Virus record (IMG/VR): IMGVR_UViG_3300027987_000509
Direction: 5' to 3' (one strand)
Length of the DNA: 48,589 bases
Source: a virus
The first letter of the stretch is position 1. The number at the start of each line of letters is the position of its first letter. Both the position numbers and the translations under genes were made by a program. Positions 1-10,300 of the stretch are shown here, one piece after another. The notes below the pieces were generated by a model. It searched no databases. It was not told the DNA's origin and worked only from the letters and a program-made list of their open reading frames with translations.

Positions 1-1
1 A

Positions 2-79
2 TTCACCTGGCGAAACTCGAAGATCTTCCGCGAAGTGATGAATATCAATTTTGTCGATTGTGTTTTAGAGCGATGCTGA
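2..79 (+). CDS. C-terminal end of an upstream CDS (partial)
   Basis: Open frame from the window edge to TGA at 77-79, overlapping the ATG at 73 of the next gene. Confidence 0.5.
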   Translation, partial: FTWRNSKIFREVMNINFVDCVLERC

Positions 80-831
80 CCCATGTACCGGCACCTAGAT
101 GGCACTCGGATGGCCAACTGCACGTCGCCACGGTCTATTTTGGCGATTCTCCATTAAACTCGCTGTGGCTTCGTCTACAGCAAGAGTTTCTCAAACGCAC
201 CACGACCAACTATCGCTTTAGCGTATATCTGAATAATTGTGATCAGTCATTATTCAAAGACGTGGACATTCTGGGTGTAGCACCAAAAGGACTACCATCA
301 AGTCCGTCCCAGAACCACCTATGCTGTCTTCGAGAGCTAGTCAAGCTTATTGATTGCAGCAAGGATCTTTTGATACTGGATAGTGACTGCTTCCCGATCC
401 TCGAAGGATGGCGACCAATCTTGCAAACCGCCATGGCGGACAGAGGATTTCAAGCGGCTGCCCCGGTCAGAGTGGAGAACCTGGATCTATTTCCACACCC
501 TTGTGCGATGTTCGTTACTAGCCAAGGTAGGGAAGATTTCGAAATAATCTCTTCGAATTCTGACAATTTATTGGGCGTTAGGCGACAAGAACCGACATGC
601 TCCGTTCCGGTTTTCCCTTTGATCAGGACTAACAGGATTAATATTCACCCGATCGGAGCAGCAATCTATTACGACATGTTCTATCATCACGGAGCCGGAT
701 CGAGACCGGCGATCTTCCACAACATCGATCAAGACCCATACTTTACCGGTAACTATAGCTGGGAGTACTCGATAGATCGCTTGAATCAAGACCCAACAGG
801 ATTCGTCAATTGGTTAATGCGAAAAGAATAA
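73..831 (+). CDS. putative GT-A fold glycosyltransferase
   Basis: hhhhDxD motif (LLILDSDCFP); lies in a glycan cluster; ATG 73 chosen from overlap with the upstream stop. Confidence 0.6.
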   Translation: MLTHVPAPRWHSDGQLHVATVYFGDSPLNSLWLRLQQEFLKRTTTNYRFSVYLNNCDQSLFKDVDILGVAPKGLPSSPSQNHLCCLRELVKLIDCSKDLLILDSDCFPILEGWRPILQTAMADRGFQAAAPVRVENLDLFPHPCAMFVTSQGREDFEIISSNSDNLLGVRRQEPTCSVPVFPLIRTNRINIHPIGAAIYYDMFYHHGAGSRPAIFHNIDQDPYFTGNYSWEYSIDRLNQDPTGFVNWLMRKE

Positions 832-1505
832 ACGCCGAAATCCAGAAATTGCGTTCTGGAGTCGATTTCTCCGGCATCGTGCTGGAAAGAATCATTGACT
901 GGACACCAACCGAATCGGATACCAGTTGGAGACCATTCCAACGACCGAAACTGTTGCGACTTGTGTCGAAGTTCGTGACAGTTAACGGACTTTGGCTCGA
1001 GTTCGGTGTCGCAGCCGGATTTAGTATCAAAACGATAGCACAGTGCTGTGACCATGCATATGGCTTTGACACGTTTACCGGTCTACCGGAAGAATGGAAG
1101 AAAGGAGAAGCCACATTGCCGGTTGGGCAGTTCAGCCAAAATGGACAACTGCCAGCTGTCCCGTCAAACGTCACTTTGATTAAGGGCCTTTTCGAACAGA
1201 CTCTGCCGCCATTCTTGAAGGCACATTCGGAACCGATAGCTTTCGTCCACATCGATTCTGACATCTACTCATCGTGTAAGTGCATTCTGCAGGCTTTGAA
1301 AGATCGGTTTGTCCCTGGAACAATCATCTGCTTTGATGAATTTACCGGCTACCAGAACTTCGCAGAACATGAAATACGTGCTTGGATTGAGACTATGGAC
1401 GACTCGGAGTATCAATGGGTTGGATACTTGGGACAAACTGCGATAGTCTCAATAGGCGATTCTGAGCTGGTCACAGCTATGATGAGTCGATGTCTGGTGC
1501 CGTGA
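810..1505 (+). CDS. TylF/MycF-like class I SAM-dependent O-methyltransferase
   Basis: Motifs LEFGVAAG, GFDTFTGLPEEW, IKGLFEQTLP, AFVHIDSDIYSS, FDE. Confidence 0.85.
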   Translation: MVNAKRINAEIQKLRSGVDFSGIVLERIIDWTPTESDTSWRPFQRPKLLRLVSKFVTVNGLWLEFGVAAGFSIKTIAQCCDHAYGFDTFTGLPEEWKKGEATLPVGQFSQNGQLPAVPSNVTLIKGLFEQTLPPFLKAHSEPIAFVHIDSDIYSSCKCILQALKDRFVPGTIICFDEFTGYQNFAEHEIRAWIETMDDSEYQWVGYLGQTAIVSIGDSELVTAMMSRCLVP

Positions 1506-2464
1506 TGTTGTTTCACTCGCACGTCACCACTCGGATCTTGATCCAAAATGATGGTTCCGACATCTATGGATCAGGTATGCAGATCCAATTGTTGATGGAC
1601 GGATTGCGAGAGCTAGGACTCAGTGTCGATTACAGCAATGACCCAGATATCGATCTTCGTCCATACAGCGTCGTGCATTTGAACCATTTGAGGCAGGAAT
1701 GGACTGCTAAGCAATATCTGAATTGCCTGGCACAAAAGACACCATACACTGTCAAATGCATCTGGGTCAGCGGCAGAGCCCATTCACAAAAAGATCTACC
1801 GACAATTCGAGATATCGCTAAAAACGCTTTTGCTCTGACTTATGAAGCCAAATGCAATGAGCAGAGACTAATCAACCTCACTGGTAATAAGTCTAAATTG
1901 TTCTACATGCTACCCGCAATCCACCCAACTTTTCGAAATGAAAAACCGTTGGAAGAAAGAAAGCTGGTGCACATTAACGGCAGGTATAGTAGGATCAAAG
2001 GGCATCTGGAAGTCATCAAAGCCTGCAAAGAGCTTCAAGTCCCTGTTGTGACCGCTGGCTGGATCACTGACGAAGCGTACTATCAAACTTGCAGAAATGA
2101 AGAGTACGGAGACGTCAAGTCACGGCTGGACCATGAGGCCCTGAATTCGATATTGAACGATACGAGGGTCTATGTCTGTGCGAGCCAATACGAATTGGCG
2201 GCAACCAGTGTCGGCGAGGCTTTGGAATGTGGATGTCTTTGCCTTGCGTCGACCGGGTATGCTGCCGGTCCTGATTTCAATTTGCCAACATACGAGTATG
2301 GCAACCAAAAAGACCTCGTTGCCAAGCTCAAGACCATCTATGAATCAGATCGATCTCCAACCGTACGCATGTGGTCCGTGCGTCGTTTAGCTGTAGAGTA
2401 TTTGCGGATTTGGGTTAAAGCTGCCCCTGAGTTGAATTGGGCATTGCAAGATGTTGATGGATAA
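1505..2464 (+). CDS. GT4-family (GT-B) glycosyltransferase
   Basis: GR...KG and E-x7-E motifs (ELAATSVGEALECG); TGATG coupling to the previous gene. Confidence 0.8.
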   Translation: MLFHSHVTTRILIQNDGSDIYGSGMQIQLLMDGLRELGLSVDYSNDPDIDLRPYSVVHLNHLRQEWTAKQYLNCLAQKTPYTVKCIWVSGRAHSQKDLPTIRDIAKNAFALTYEAKCNEQRLINLTGNKSKLFYMLPAIHPTFRNEKPLEERKLVHINGRYSRIKGHLEVIKACKELQVPVVTAGWITDEAYYQTCRNEEYGDVKSRLDHEALNSILNDTRVYVCASQYELAATSVGEALECGCLCLASTGYAAGPDFNLPTYEYGNQKDLVAKLKTIYESDRSPTVRMWSVRRLAVEYLRIWVKAAPELNWALQDVDG

Positions 2465-3245
2465 TCCGACAATTGGATTGATGATGATCCGTGATGAGCA
2501 AGACATGCTTCGTGAGGCTCTAGACAATCACACGAAGTTTTGTGATCTCATATTCGTTCTCGACGGGACAGAAGGCCCAGATGGAGAGTTATCAGAATCA
2601 ATTTGTAGGTCATACTCGCAGGTGGTTGGATACTGGAGAGACAGAGACACCGGCTATGACAAAATCGTTTGTGGATCTCGTCAGTTTTTGCTGGAAAGAG
2701 CCAGAGAAACAGTTGGACTGAACCATTGGTGTGTGATCTTGCATGGAGATGAGATCTGGGGTACAAGCCCACTCGATTTGATGACACCTACAAATGAGCC
2801 ATTGGCTTATCGAGTGCGGTTTTATCACTTCTTCCCGCACGTGTCACAACGAGAATCGTGGGATTTTGGCGAGAAGACAATCGAAGAATGCAGTAAATGG
2901 TACATGCTGCCAGCCACGCTTGAGAAGCGTGTTTTCTTCGATATCGGGCTTGATTATAACCCAAATCTGCATTTGAATCCTTTCCCGATTGATGTTGACG
3001 TCCGGCAATCTGAGCTTGTCGTAAAATCGTACAATTACAGAACACCAGAGCAAGCACACAAACGGGCCGTCAGTAGAAAAGAAACTGGATGGCAGACCAA
3101 CCATTACGCTCATCTGTTGGCTGGGCCAGACGAATTCTTCGTTGCCTCTTTGGCCCAAGACGGCATGAAGTGGAGTGGTTGGTCCAAGCCGGGTGAAGGT
3201 GAGGCGGTAAACACTGACGATGTGCCGCTACCTATGATGGTGTAA
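2451..3245 (+). CDS. GT2-like glycosyltransferase
   Basis: N-terminal MMIRDEQDMLRE..H..D.IFVLDG and a variant DxD (HGDE). Confidence 0.7.
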   Translation: MLMDNPTIGLMMIRDEQDMLREALDNHTKFCDLIFVLDGTEGPDGELSESICRSYSQVVGYWRDRDTGYDKIVCGSRQFLLERARETVGLNHWCVILHGDEIWGTSPLDLMTPTNEPLAYRVRFYHFFPHVSQRESWDFGEKTIEECSKWYMLPATLEKRVFFDIGLDYNPNLHLNPFPIDVDVRQSELVVKSYNYRTPEQAHKRAVSRKETGWQTNHYAHLLAGPDEFFVASLAQDGMKWSGWSKPGEGEAVNTDDVPLPMMV

Positions 3246-3878
3246 GCCACGATCGACTAACCCGACAGCCTCAGCTGTGTCTGGCCAATACCCGATGAAA
3301 TCGCAAATCTTTGCTATTTCTCTCTCCGGGCTGTTCAAGATATCTTGATATTCGATCTTCAACATGTCGATGTCGACACTTTCAATCGATCTGAGTCTCG
3401 CTGATTCGTATCTTTCACAGATTTCTTTTGCCAATTCTCGCGAAGAAGGCATGCCAAAGCTTGGGAGCGTACTGGAAACGACGCTCGCGATTGATTCTTC
3501 GATGTCTCTATCGACCCAAATCAATTTGCGGTTGCAGGTCAAACAGCTCAAGAAATGCGGTAACAAGAAACACAGCCGTGGATCTTTGACGCCCCATAAA
3601 CTTTGGTTGCATTTTGAGTTGACAAGATTGCGGTACTGCGGGAGGTGCTTCTCAATTTCACTCAGATCTGGGTCGAACCATTTATTGCCTGTCATCTTGA
3701 CGTGCAAGTTTAAAAACTCAGTATCTTCGAAGAATCCTTTTTCATTTGATGGCATGGGCCGTAAGAGACTGTTGCCCATGTTGACACCAAGAAGGTGCAA
3801 AATACCGGCAGTTAAGCTGGTGCCGCTTCTGAGGCGTCCAAGGACGATGATGCAGGTCGATTGTTCATGCTTTAGCAT
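3228..3878 (-). CDS. sulfotransferase family protein
   Basis: 5'-PSB loop GRLRSGTSL; N.KGFFED and WGVKDPRLC motifs. Confidence 0.85.
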   Translation of the reverse strand: MLKHEQSTCIIVLGRLRSGTSLTAGILHLLGVNMGNSLLRPMPSNEKGFFEDTEFLNLHVKMTGNKWFDPDLSEIEKHLPQYRNLVNSKCNQSLWGVKDPRLCFLLPHFLSCLTCNRKLIWVDRDIEESIASVVSSTLPSFGMPSSRELAKEICERYESARLRSIESVDIDMLKIEYQDILNSPEREIAKICDFIGYWPDTAEAVGLVDRGLHHHR

Positions 3879-4597
3879 AGACTCATCCCGAATATCTCTT
3901 TGGCCTGTTTCATGACTTCGGGATGAGACAAAGCTCTACGGAATTCCTCGTTGTCAGCATAGTTACGCCATCGATTGAAGACATCCATTTTGGAAGCTTT
4001 CCCTTCGAAACTGGCACCATCGAAGCTGGACCATCGACCAAATGGTGAAACTGTCTCTAGATGCTTGGTAGAGTACGGCCTCTCACATAATTCCAGTGAG
4101 ATCTTGCGGCGGTACTCTTCGTCGATAAACCAACTATTGTAGAGGATTGGGTAGATGTTTGGGCGATTTATCGAGTGAGCATGGTCTAGCCATAGCTCGA
4201 CGGCACGATTATTAGCGGCGTCGGCATGCTTGTGACAGCCCTGGAAGTTGAAACATGCCCGTAGTCTGCTAGCAAAGCAATTGAAGGGATCACGAATGAT
4301 CAGAACAACTTTGTTTTTGGCTATCTTGAGTGCATCGTCGACGAAGTGGTCTTCGTAATTTGTGATGACGCACTCACCGGTCCCTTCGTCTTCATATTTG
4401 TAGATTCCTGCTATCCCGAAATCACCGACCCCCAATTCTCTGTATTCGTCGTGGCCTTCCTCACCAAAATCGTTGTTGAATGTAGTGCTTTGGAAGTGAC
4501 CGGCGATCCATCGAATTATGGGATGATGCCCGGATCGACGCATTGCGATTACGTCAAAATAGGCCGTGGTTTCGTTCCAGTTCAGCATCTGGATCAT
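3872..4597 (-). CDS. sulfotransferase-like P-loop protein
   Basis: AMRRSGHH (PSB-like) and IIRDPFN..ASR (3'-PB-like). Confidence 0.7.
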   Translation of the reverse strand: MIQMLNWNETTAYFDVIAMRRSGHHPIIRWIAGHFQSTTFNNDFGEEGHDEYRELGVGDFGIAGIYKYEDEGTGECVITNYEDHFVDDALKIAKNKVVLIIRDPFNCFASRLRACFNFQGCHKHADAANNRAVELWLDHAHSINRPNIYPILYNSWFIDEEYRRKISLELCERPYSTKHLETVSPFGRWSSFDGASFEGKASKMDVFNRWRNYADNEEFRRALSHPEVMKQAKEIFGMSLC

Positions 4598-5387
4598 TCC
4601 ACAAAGTTGTCAATTTATTCTCGAATGACTCCCAACCGGGAGCGGCTCTCAATTGGTGGTTGAGATGGTATCCGATAGTATCGTACAAACAAGCTACTAA
4701 TTGGCCGCTTTTGATCAAGCGGATCGCGAGTTCTGTATCCTCGCCACCCCAGATTCCATCAAGTTCAATTGAGAAACCGCCAAGTCGTTTTAAGATGGTT
4801 GTTTGATAGCTGATATTGCAGGACCAGCAGTCCCAAGCTATCGGACTGTTCATGTCATCGAACTCTGCATCCCAAGAGCAAGCGGTGAATCGCAGCCACG
4901 GTCGCTTAGTTCTGATTCTGTAATCTTCTTCGATTACGTTGAGGTCGTCGTAACTGAGAGTACCGGCTTCGAATTGCTTCAAGAGCCTTGGGATAGAATC
5001 TTCCGCGATGCAACTCCTACGACCAACAACCACAATTCCGTCATCACCAAAACGAAGATGAGACTCAACCAGATTGTTTGACGGGATGATGTCAGTATCT
5101 GTACAAATCACTCGCGGCGATTTGACCTCTCCTATCGCCACATTCCTGGCTTGGCTTGGCCGATATTTTGATGTCTTCGGTGGCAGGAAGTGATACTTGA
5201 TATGCAAATCAGGAAATTTAGCTAGGACATCATCAAGACCGTCTCCGCCATCGTCCACGATGTGAATCAAGAAGTCTTTGGTGGTTTGCTGGGTGTAGCC
5301 CCATAACGCCAACGACAATCTATCCGTGTCGTTATAAGTTGGGATGATCACCTCTATCGGAAACCGGCGGTGCATCAGCACCTCCAC
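4554..5387 (-). CDS. GT2 glycosyltransferase with GT7-like C-terminal motif
   Basis: Motifs VIIPTYN, VDDG, DTD, WGGEDTE. Confidence 0.85.
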   Translation of the reverse strand: MEVLMHRRFPIEVIIPTYNDTDRLSLALWGYTQQTTKDFLIHIVDDGGDGLDDVLAKFPDLHIKYHFLPPKTSKYRPSQARNVAIGEVKSPRVICTDTDIIPSNNLVESHLRFGDDGIVVVGRRSCIAEDSIPRLLKQFEAGTLSYDDLNVIEEDYRIRTKRPWLRFTACSWDAEFDDMNSPIAWDCWSCNISYQTTILKRLGGFSIELDGIWGGEDTELAIRLIKSGQLVACLYDTIGYHLNHQLRAAPGWESFENKLTTLWNDPDAELERNHGLF

Positions 5388-6511
5388 GCTATCTGTAGGA
5401 AGTGCTCCATCGCTTCTTCCGCTGTGGAGTTGATTACTATATCACCTGTTTGTGGTGATTCGAGAGGGTATGAAGCACCAGTGTCAAGATATCCCTCTGG
5501 ATCGATAAAGATGATCTGTTTGCCCTGTGTTCTTGCTTGACTGATAACGTTGCGTCTGTCTGCGTGGCAACCAATCACCAACAAGGTTTTCGTATCTTCA
5601 CGGAATTCGATCTCCGGATAAATCGCAGTTCCGTCGAACCGTCTGCGATAATGTTCCGGTAGGCCAACTGAGGCTGGTAATCTATCGAAATTGCTTGTGA
5701 TGATCTCACCGACAATATGCCCAGAGTCATGCAGCTGCTTCAAACCGTGATAGAATGGTGTCGGCTCGGCGATGAGACACGCATGGTGAATCTTGCTAGT
5801 CTTTCTCAACGTCCCTTCAAAATCCGAAAGGAAAGACCCTATCACATCGGTTTCAGCTTCAAACAAAAACTGTTTGTGATGCTGGACTCCATAGTGTTGA
5901 TGCAGATAATTTAATGGCGGAATTCCGGCAGCTAGCGATGGACCACATCCAAGCTCCACGTGTGCTGGAAAAATCTCACTGGTGAGTTCGGAAATCGGCA
6001 AATACGTTGGGTTTCCTCGTGGTGTAATCTTCCGAATTCCGACTTTCTCGATCAGGTACCACGGTCTGTTGAGTGTTTCTGCCGATGGTGGGTTGTGATA
6101 GATCATCAACTCGAAGCAATGGTATCCGTTGCCGAATTCGAATGATCGGGTGTCGCAGTTGAGATCGCCCAAGACATGGGAATGCCCGTTGCTCTTCCAT
6201 CCACCTTCTTTCATCGAATCTGAGACGAGCTGTCGGTACTTCTCGGTTTCGTCCCCACAATTTCTGATGTGGAAGAACAAATATGGTTCTACCACGCAGA
6301 AGCAATTGTCGATCAATCCATACCGGTCTCGATGGTGAATGACTCGTCTTTTTAGCGAATTCTGTCCTGACCATCCGGATAGGTCTTGGTTCAACTCTGA
6401 CTGGTGTCGCCGCCATACCGTCTCCCTAACCTCGTATCCTCTGAATCTGATATCGAAGTTTGCCCTTTCCCGTTCCGTCAGGTTCTCCTGCAGTTTGATA
6501 GGTAACCGCAT
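5375..6511 (-). CDS. protein with C-terminal SIR2/sirtuin-like domain
   Basis: GCGPSLAAGIP (GAGxS-x-x-GIP-like), IITSNFDRL (TQNID-like), LLVIG. Confidence 0.65.
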   Translation of the reverse strand: MRLPIKLQENLTERERANFDIRFRGYEVRETVWRRHQSELNQDLSGWSGQNSLKRRVIHHRDRYGLIDNCFCVVEPYLFFHIRNCGDETEKYRQLVSDSMKEGGWKSNGHSHVLGDLNCDTRSFEFGNGYHCFELMIYHNPPSAETLNRPWYLIEKVGIRKITPRGNPTYLPISELTSEIFPAHVELGCGPSLAAGIPPLNYLHQHYGVQHHKQFLFEAETDVIGSFLSDFEGTLRKTSKIHHACLIAEPTPFYHGLKQLHDSGHIVGEIITSNFDRLPASVGLPEHYRRRFDGTAIYPEIEFREDTKTLLVIGCHADRRNVISQARTQGKQIIFIDPEGYLDTGASYPLESPQTGDIVINSTAEEAMEHFLQIAWRC

Positions 6512-7323
6512 TACTTATTGGATCTCCATTCTTCGTTGGCACGCTGAGCAGAAAAACCGATATACGGGTTGATCCCTTGCTTATTAGCGAGTGCGATGAA
6601 GGCATTGAGATCTTTGGGTAGACAAGCTCCACCAAAGCCTCTTTCGCCATCGTGTCCAGGAACGTTAGTGTGATTCGCAGTGACCCGGCCGTCTCCTATC
6701 ATAGCACAACGAACATTTTCCCAATCGTCGTCGGTGAAACCGAGAGTATCGCAAATTGATCTCAATTCATTGAAGAATGCGATCTTTACGGCGAAGAATG
6801 AATTAAGGGCGAGCTTACTTATTTCTGTTTGCTCGCTCTTCATCATGCTGATTGCTATACCAGGCCACCGTTTTTTGTAGAGCGTGGCGAGAATGCGACC
6901 AGCCCATTCGCTCCGCTCTGTTACGCCGATCAAATGCCTGCTTGGATTCAAAGCATCTTCGTAGGAGCAGCGGGCAGTCAAGAATTCAGGCGAATGTACA
7001 AGCCCAGTTAGGTTATACTTTCTAGATAGTTGTTCGGTCGAGCCTGGGAGAAGCGTTGATTTTAGAACAACTACGCCATTCCATCCTTGGATTTCAGCAC
7101 AGAAGCTGTTGATGGCTGTTAGATCGTAGCCATCATCTGACGGCGGAGTCGGCAAACAGACAAAGACAAGATCACTCTGCTCCATACAATGACCAAAGTC
7201 ACAATTGCTTCTCTCTTGGACGAGATCATACATCCAGACTTTGTCGGCGTACTCGAGGTAGGATCTGGCTGTCGCTGACCCAACGACACCCATTCCGACC
7301 ACTCCAATTTTTCGTACTTCCAT
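6511..7323 (-). CDS. ugd: UDP-glucose/GDP-mannose dehydrogenase family, short form without the C-terminal domain
   Basis: GMGVVG, VCLPTP, KSTLLPG, SPEFL, catalytic GFGGACLPKD; only 270 aa. Confidence 0.85.
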   Translation of the reverse strand: MEVRKIGVVGMGVVGSATARSYLEYADKVWMYDLVQERSNCDFGHCMEQSDLVFVCLPTPPSDDGYDLTAINSFCAEIQGWNGVVVLKSTLLPGSTEQLSRKYNLTGLVHSPEFLTARCSYEDALNPSRHLIGVTERSEWAGRILATLYKKRWPGIAISMMKSEQTEISKLALNSFFAVKIAFFNELRSICDTLGFTDDDWENVRCAMIGDGRVTANHTNVPGHDGERGFGGACLPKDLNAFIALANKQGINPYIGFSAQRANEEWRSNK

Positions 7324-10300
7324 TAAGCGAGTTCCAGCATCGTGGGAATAGTTGCATCCAGGACTGTTGAGCAGGTCCCGTATTTCTCTTCCCCTATCAG
7401 CCGTAACTCCAACCTGAGATGATCACATTCCCAGTCATACTGGTTGTTCTCGTCCAGAAATGTTTCGGCACTGCAAATGGTCTCTCCTTCTTCGGTCATA
7501 TCACAACCGATAAGCAGACAACCACAATCGAGACGAAGACCTGCCTCATTTAATATACCAGAGCCACACTGGAAGAGAAGCGTGGATGGTTGGCCTGTCG
7601 TGCCAAGTCCGGGGACGCCGAGGGCAGCGAGAATGTCGTCGTAAAGGCCACTCTGCCCCAAGTCTTCACCAGCATATGGCTGGAATCCTGACACACAGGC
7701 GTAGCCATCGGCATAATCTGTGAATAGATTAGGGTCCGTCCCGCATACTTGATGGCTTGTGAACAATGGGGTGGTGACGTCAAGCTCACCGTCGCCATCG
7801 GCCTGGACTTCGACGGCGGAGTCGTAATCGCAAACTTGGTCAAGTGTGACATATGGGCTTGAATTCGCGTTTTTCATGTAGACGCTGTGAACAACGTCGT
7901 CGTCTCCGAACAAGGCGTTTGTTCCGAGAGAGTGATCTCCGAGTGATGTGATGTCTGGGGTGAGTCCATTTCCGGCTGCCGTGTAAGGGACGTCGTCAAA
8001 TACGAGGTATTCATTACCGTCCGTGCCGACGATCTTCGTAACATTCAGTTGTGTTGGCTCGTTGTCCCCGCAGACGTACTTTGGGCCGCAAAATGTGCTA
8101 TGTGGATCGTCCCATGGCCTTGCCCTCCAAGTTGTGCTTGTGAAATCTTCTTCGAGTGCGTTCATCCTGGCAAACCGACATCCCGGTAGATGAAGAGTCG
8201 GCTTGTCAATGTTTAGCGACGGACGCTGCAAAGCTAGATGCTTGAGCTGGTCGCCATCGAATCCTTTCACCCGATTGGTAAAATGAAGAGTCTGGTTCTT
8301 GGGCGTATCGTAGTCTCGATATAACCTCCCCAGATAACTGTCGTTCTTGAACGGGAGCTTTTGATCATACGGTGCAGTGAGGTACTCACTTTGCTCGTCG
8401 GTCAAGAAATGCTGTATTGTTGACTGTTTTGCCTTGCCTGAGAAGATGGGTCTTTGACTGCGGCTGTGAGGACAAGGCTTCATAGTGCCGGGTGCCGCCA
8501 TAACGCTGTAGGATGGGAATGTCCAGTAGACACCCATGCCCATGCCTATGCTACACGGCCTGCACTGCCACCACTCATCGCCCACAACCGTTGGACGGTA
8601 AAGAAGCTCGTCGTCAACACGGCCCTTGTAACAATAATCGTTGACATCATCGAGTTCACAGAATGGAACACGAATTTCAGTGAATTCTCTCGTGAACGAA
8701 CCGTAAGAACTTCCATCACTGTTGGTAGTGACGGCAGGTCCGGTCTCATCGAATTTGCCATTAAGGATCGAGTCTCCAGGCGAGATATCAGGATTGCTGA
8801 AGAAACCTGCATCTCCATTGCCAGCAGCAGGGCTTGGGCCGTACTCCGTTGAACGCGATTCAACACGCTCCGCTGTTGTGATCCTATCTTGGCCGAGATA
8901 AGTGAACTTACACTCAGATCTGCCTGTGGCCGGTTGGGCAAGTCCTAATCGCTCGTTTGTTGGAATCTGGTCGACTCGATCGTCCAAAGTCTTCCAGGCA
9001 GCGTGCTCTTCTGGCAGATTCGCAAGCTTACGCAACCGTAAAGTAATGTCTTCTTCTTTGTACCCAAGACTGACCGGATCGAGGAGCGTGCAATCGTTAA
9101 GATTTTCCGGCAAATTCGGAATGATGGCTGGCGGAACTTGCAGCATACCAATCGCAGTGTCATATCGCTGCTCGATATCTCCACCAACACAGAGATCGGT
9201 CACCTCGTACGTCTCCGTCAAATCGATTCGCAGGACGACGCGATTCAAGAGACTGTGAAATGCTTTCAACCTGAAAAGGAACTCGACTGCGAATTCAAGT
9301 GTCACTGGGTCCGCATATTCGTTGAGCGTCTCCGTGAGAACTTGAATATCAAACCGATTGCTTTGTAGGTCTGCGATCAGATCTGGGACGACAATTGTCT
9401 GTTTCAGATAGGTCACAAACATGTAAAGGACTCGGGGTTTGTCGTTGCTACCCTCGATGTCCAATGAACCGTTCAGACTGATATTGAGGTTGTTAGTCTC
9501 ACGGTTGAGCTTTACTCCATCTGCTCGTAGTGGGATTTCAGGCCCGACCAAGACTTCGTCCATCGCTTTGCCGAGTTTACCGCTGATCAGAACTTGGCTG
9601 TAACCAATGACGGCCAATCCATTCAGTTTGCTATGGATTTCTGTTGGGTTCAAGAATCCTTCGGCGTCGGCAGTGCAGCCCGCGTTGTTTCCGTAATTGA
9701 CTGGGTCTGCTTTGATGGACGTTGAGATTTCTTTTAGCTGTGCTTCGGCAGGGCTACCTACTTCGACGAAATAGGCATCGACGGTGACGTTTCCGCCGTC
9801 CCTTGCTGAGTTGAAGTCGTCGAGACCAGCGGCTATCTGTGGTCGAAACATCAGCGGGATTGTGAAAACGCCGAATCCAGTAGCTGTACTTGATTCTCCT
9901 GCCCAGGAATCGAGAATAATGTCTGTTTGACACTGTTCTTCGATCGTGATTTCTTCTTGCTGATACGGAGATGGCAACCTTTCTCCGGGGCGAATGAAGC
10001 GTTTGCCATCGCTTGACCACCAGAGATTGCTAATTAGAATTTCGAACCCGAATAGTCTGAATAGATTGACGATCGCTCTTCGCGATCCAGCCAGATTTTG
10101 GAATTCGACGGTTCGGCGTAGCACAGCACGTCGTAATTCGTCGAGTGACTCGGGGAAATACGGCAGGTCCCAGCCAAGGAGCTGTGATAAGTATGGAATA
10201 GCTTCGGCCGGGACGTTGAACACCCAGTTGATCGATTCAAGCAGATCTTGCTCGTCTTGAATGTCTTGTAGCGAATCGGTGAATGGTCGGTAGAGTGCGA

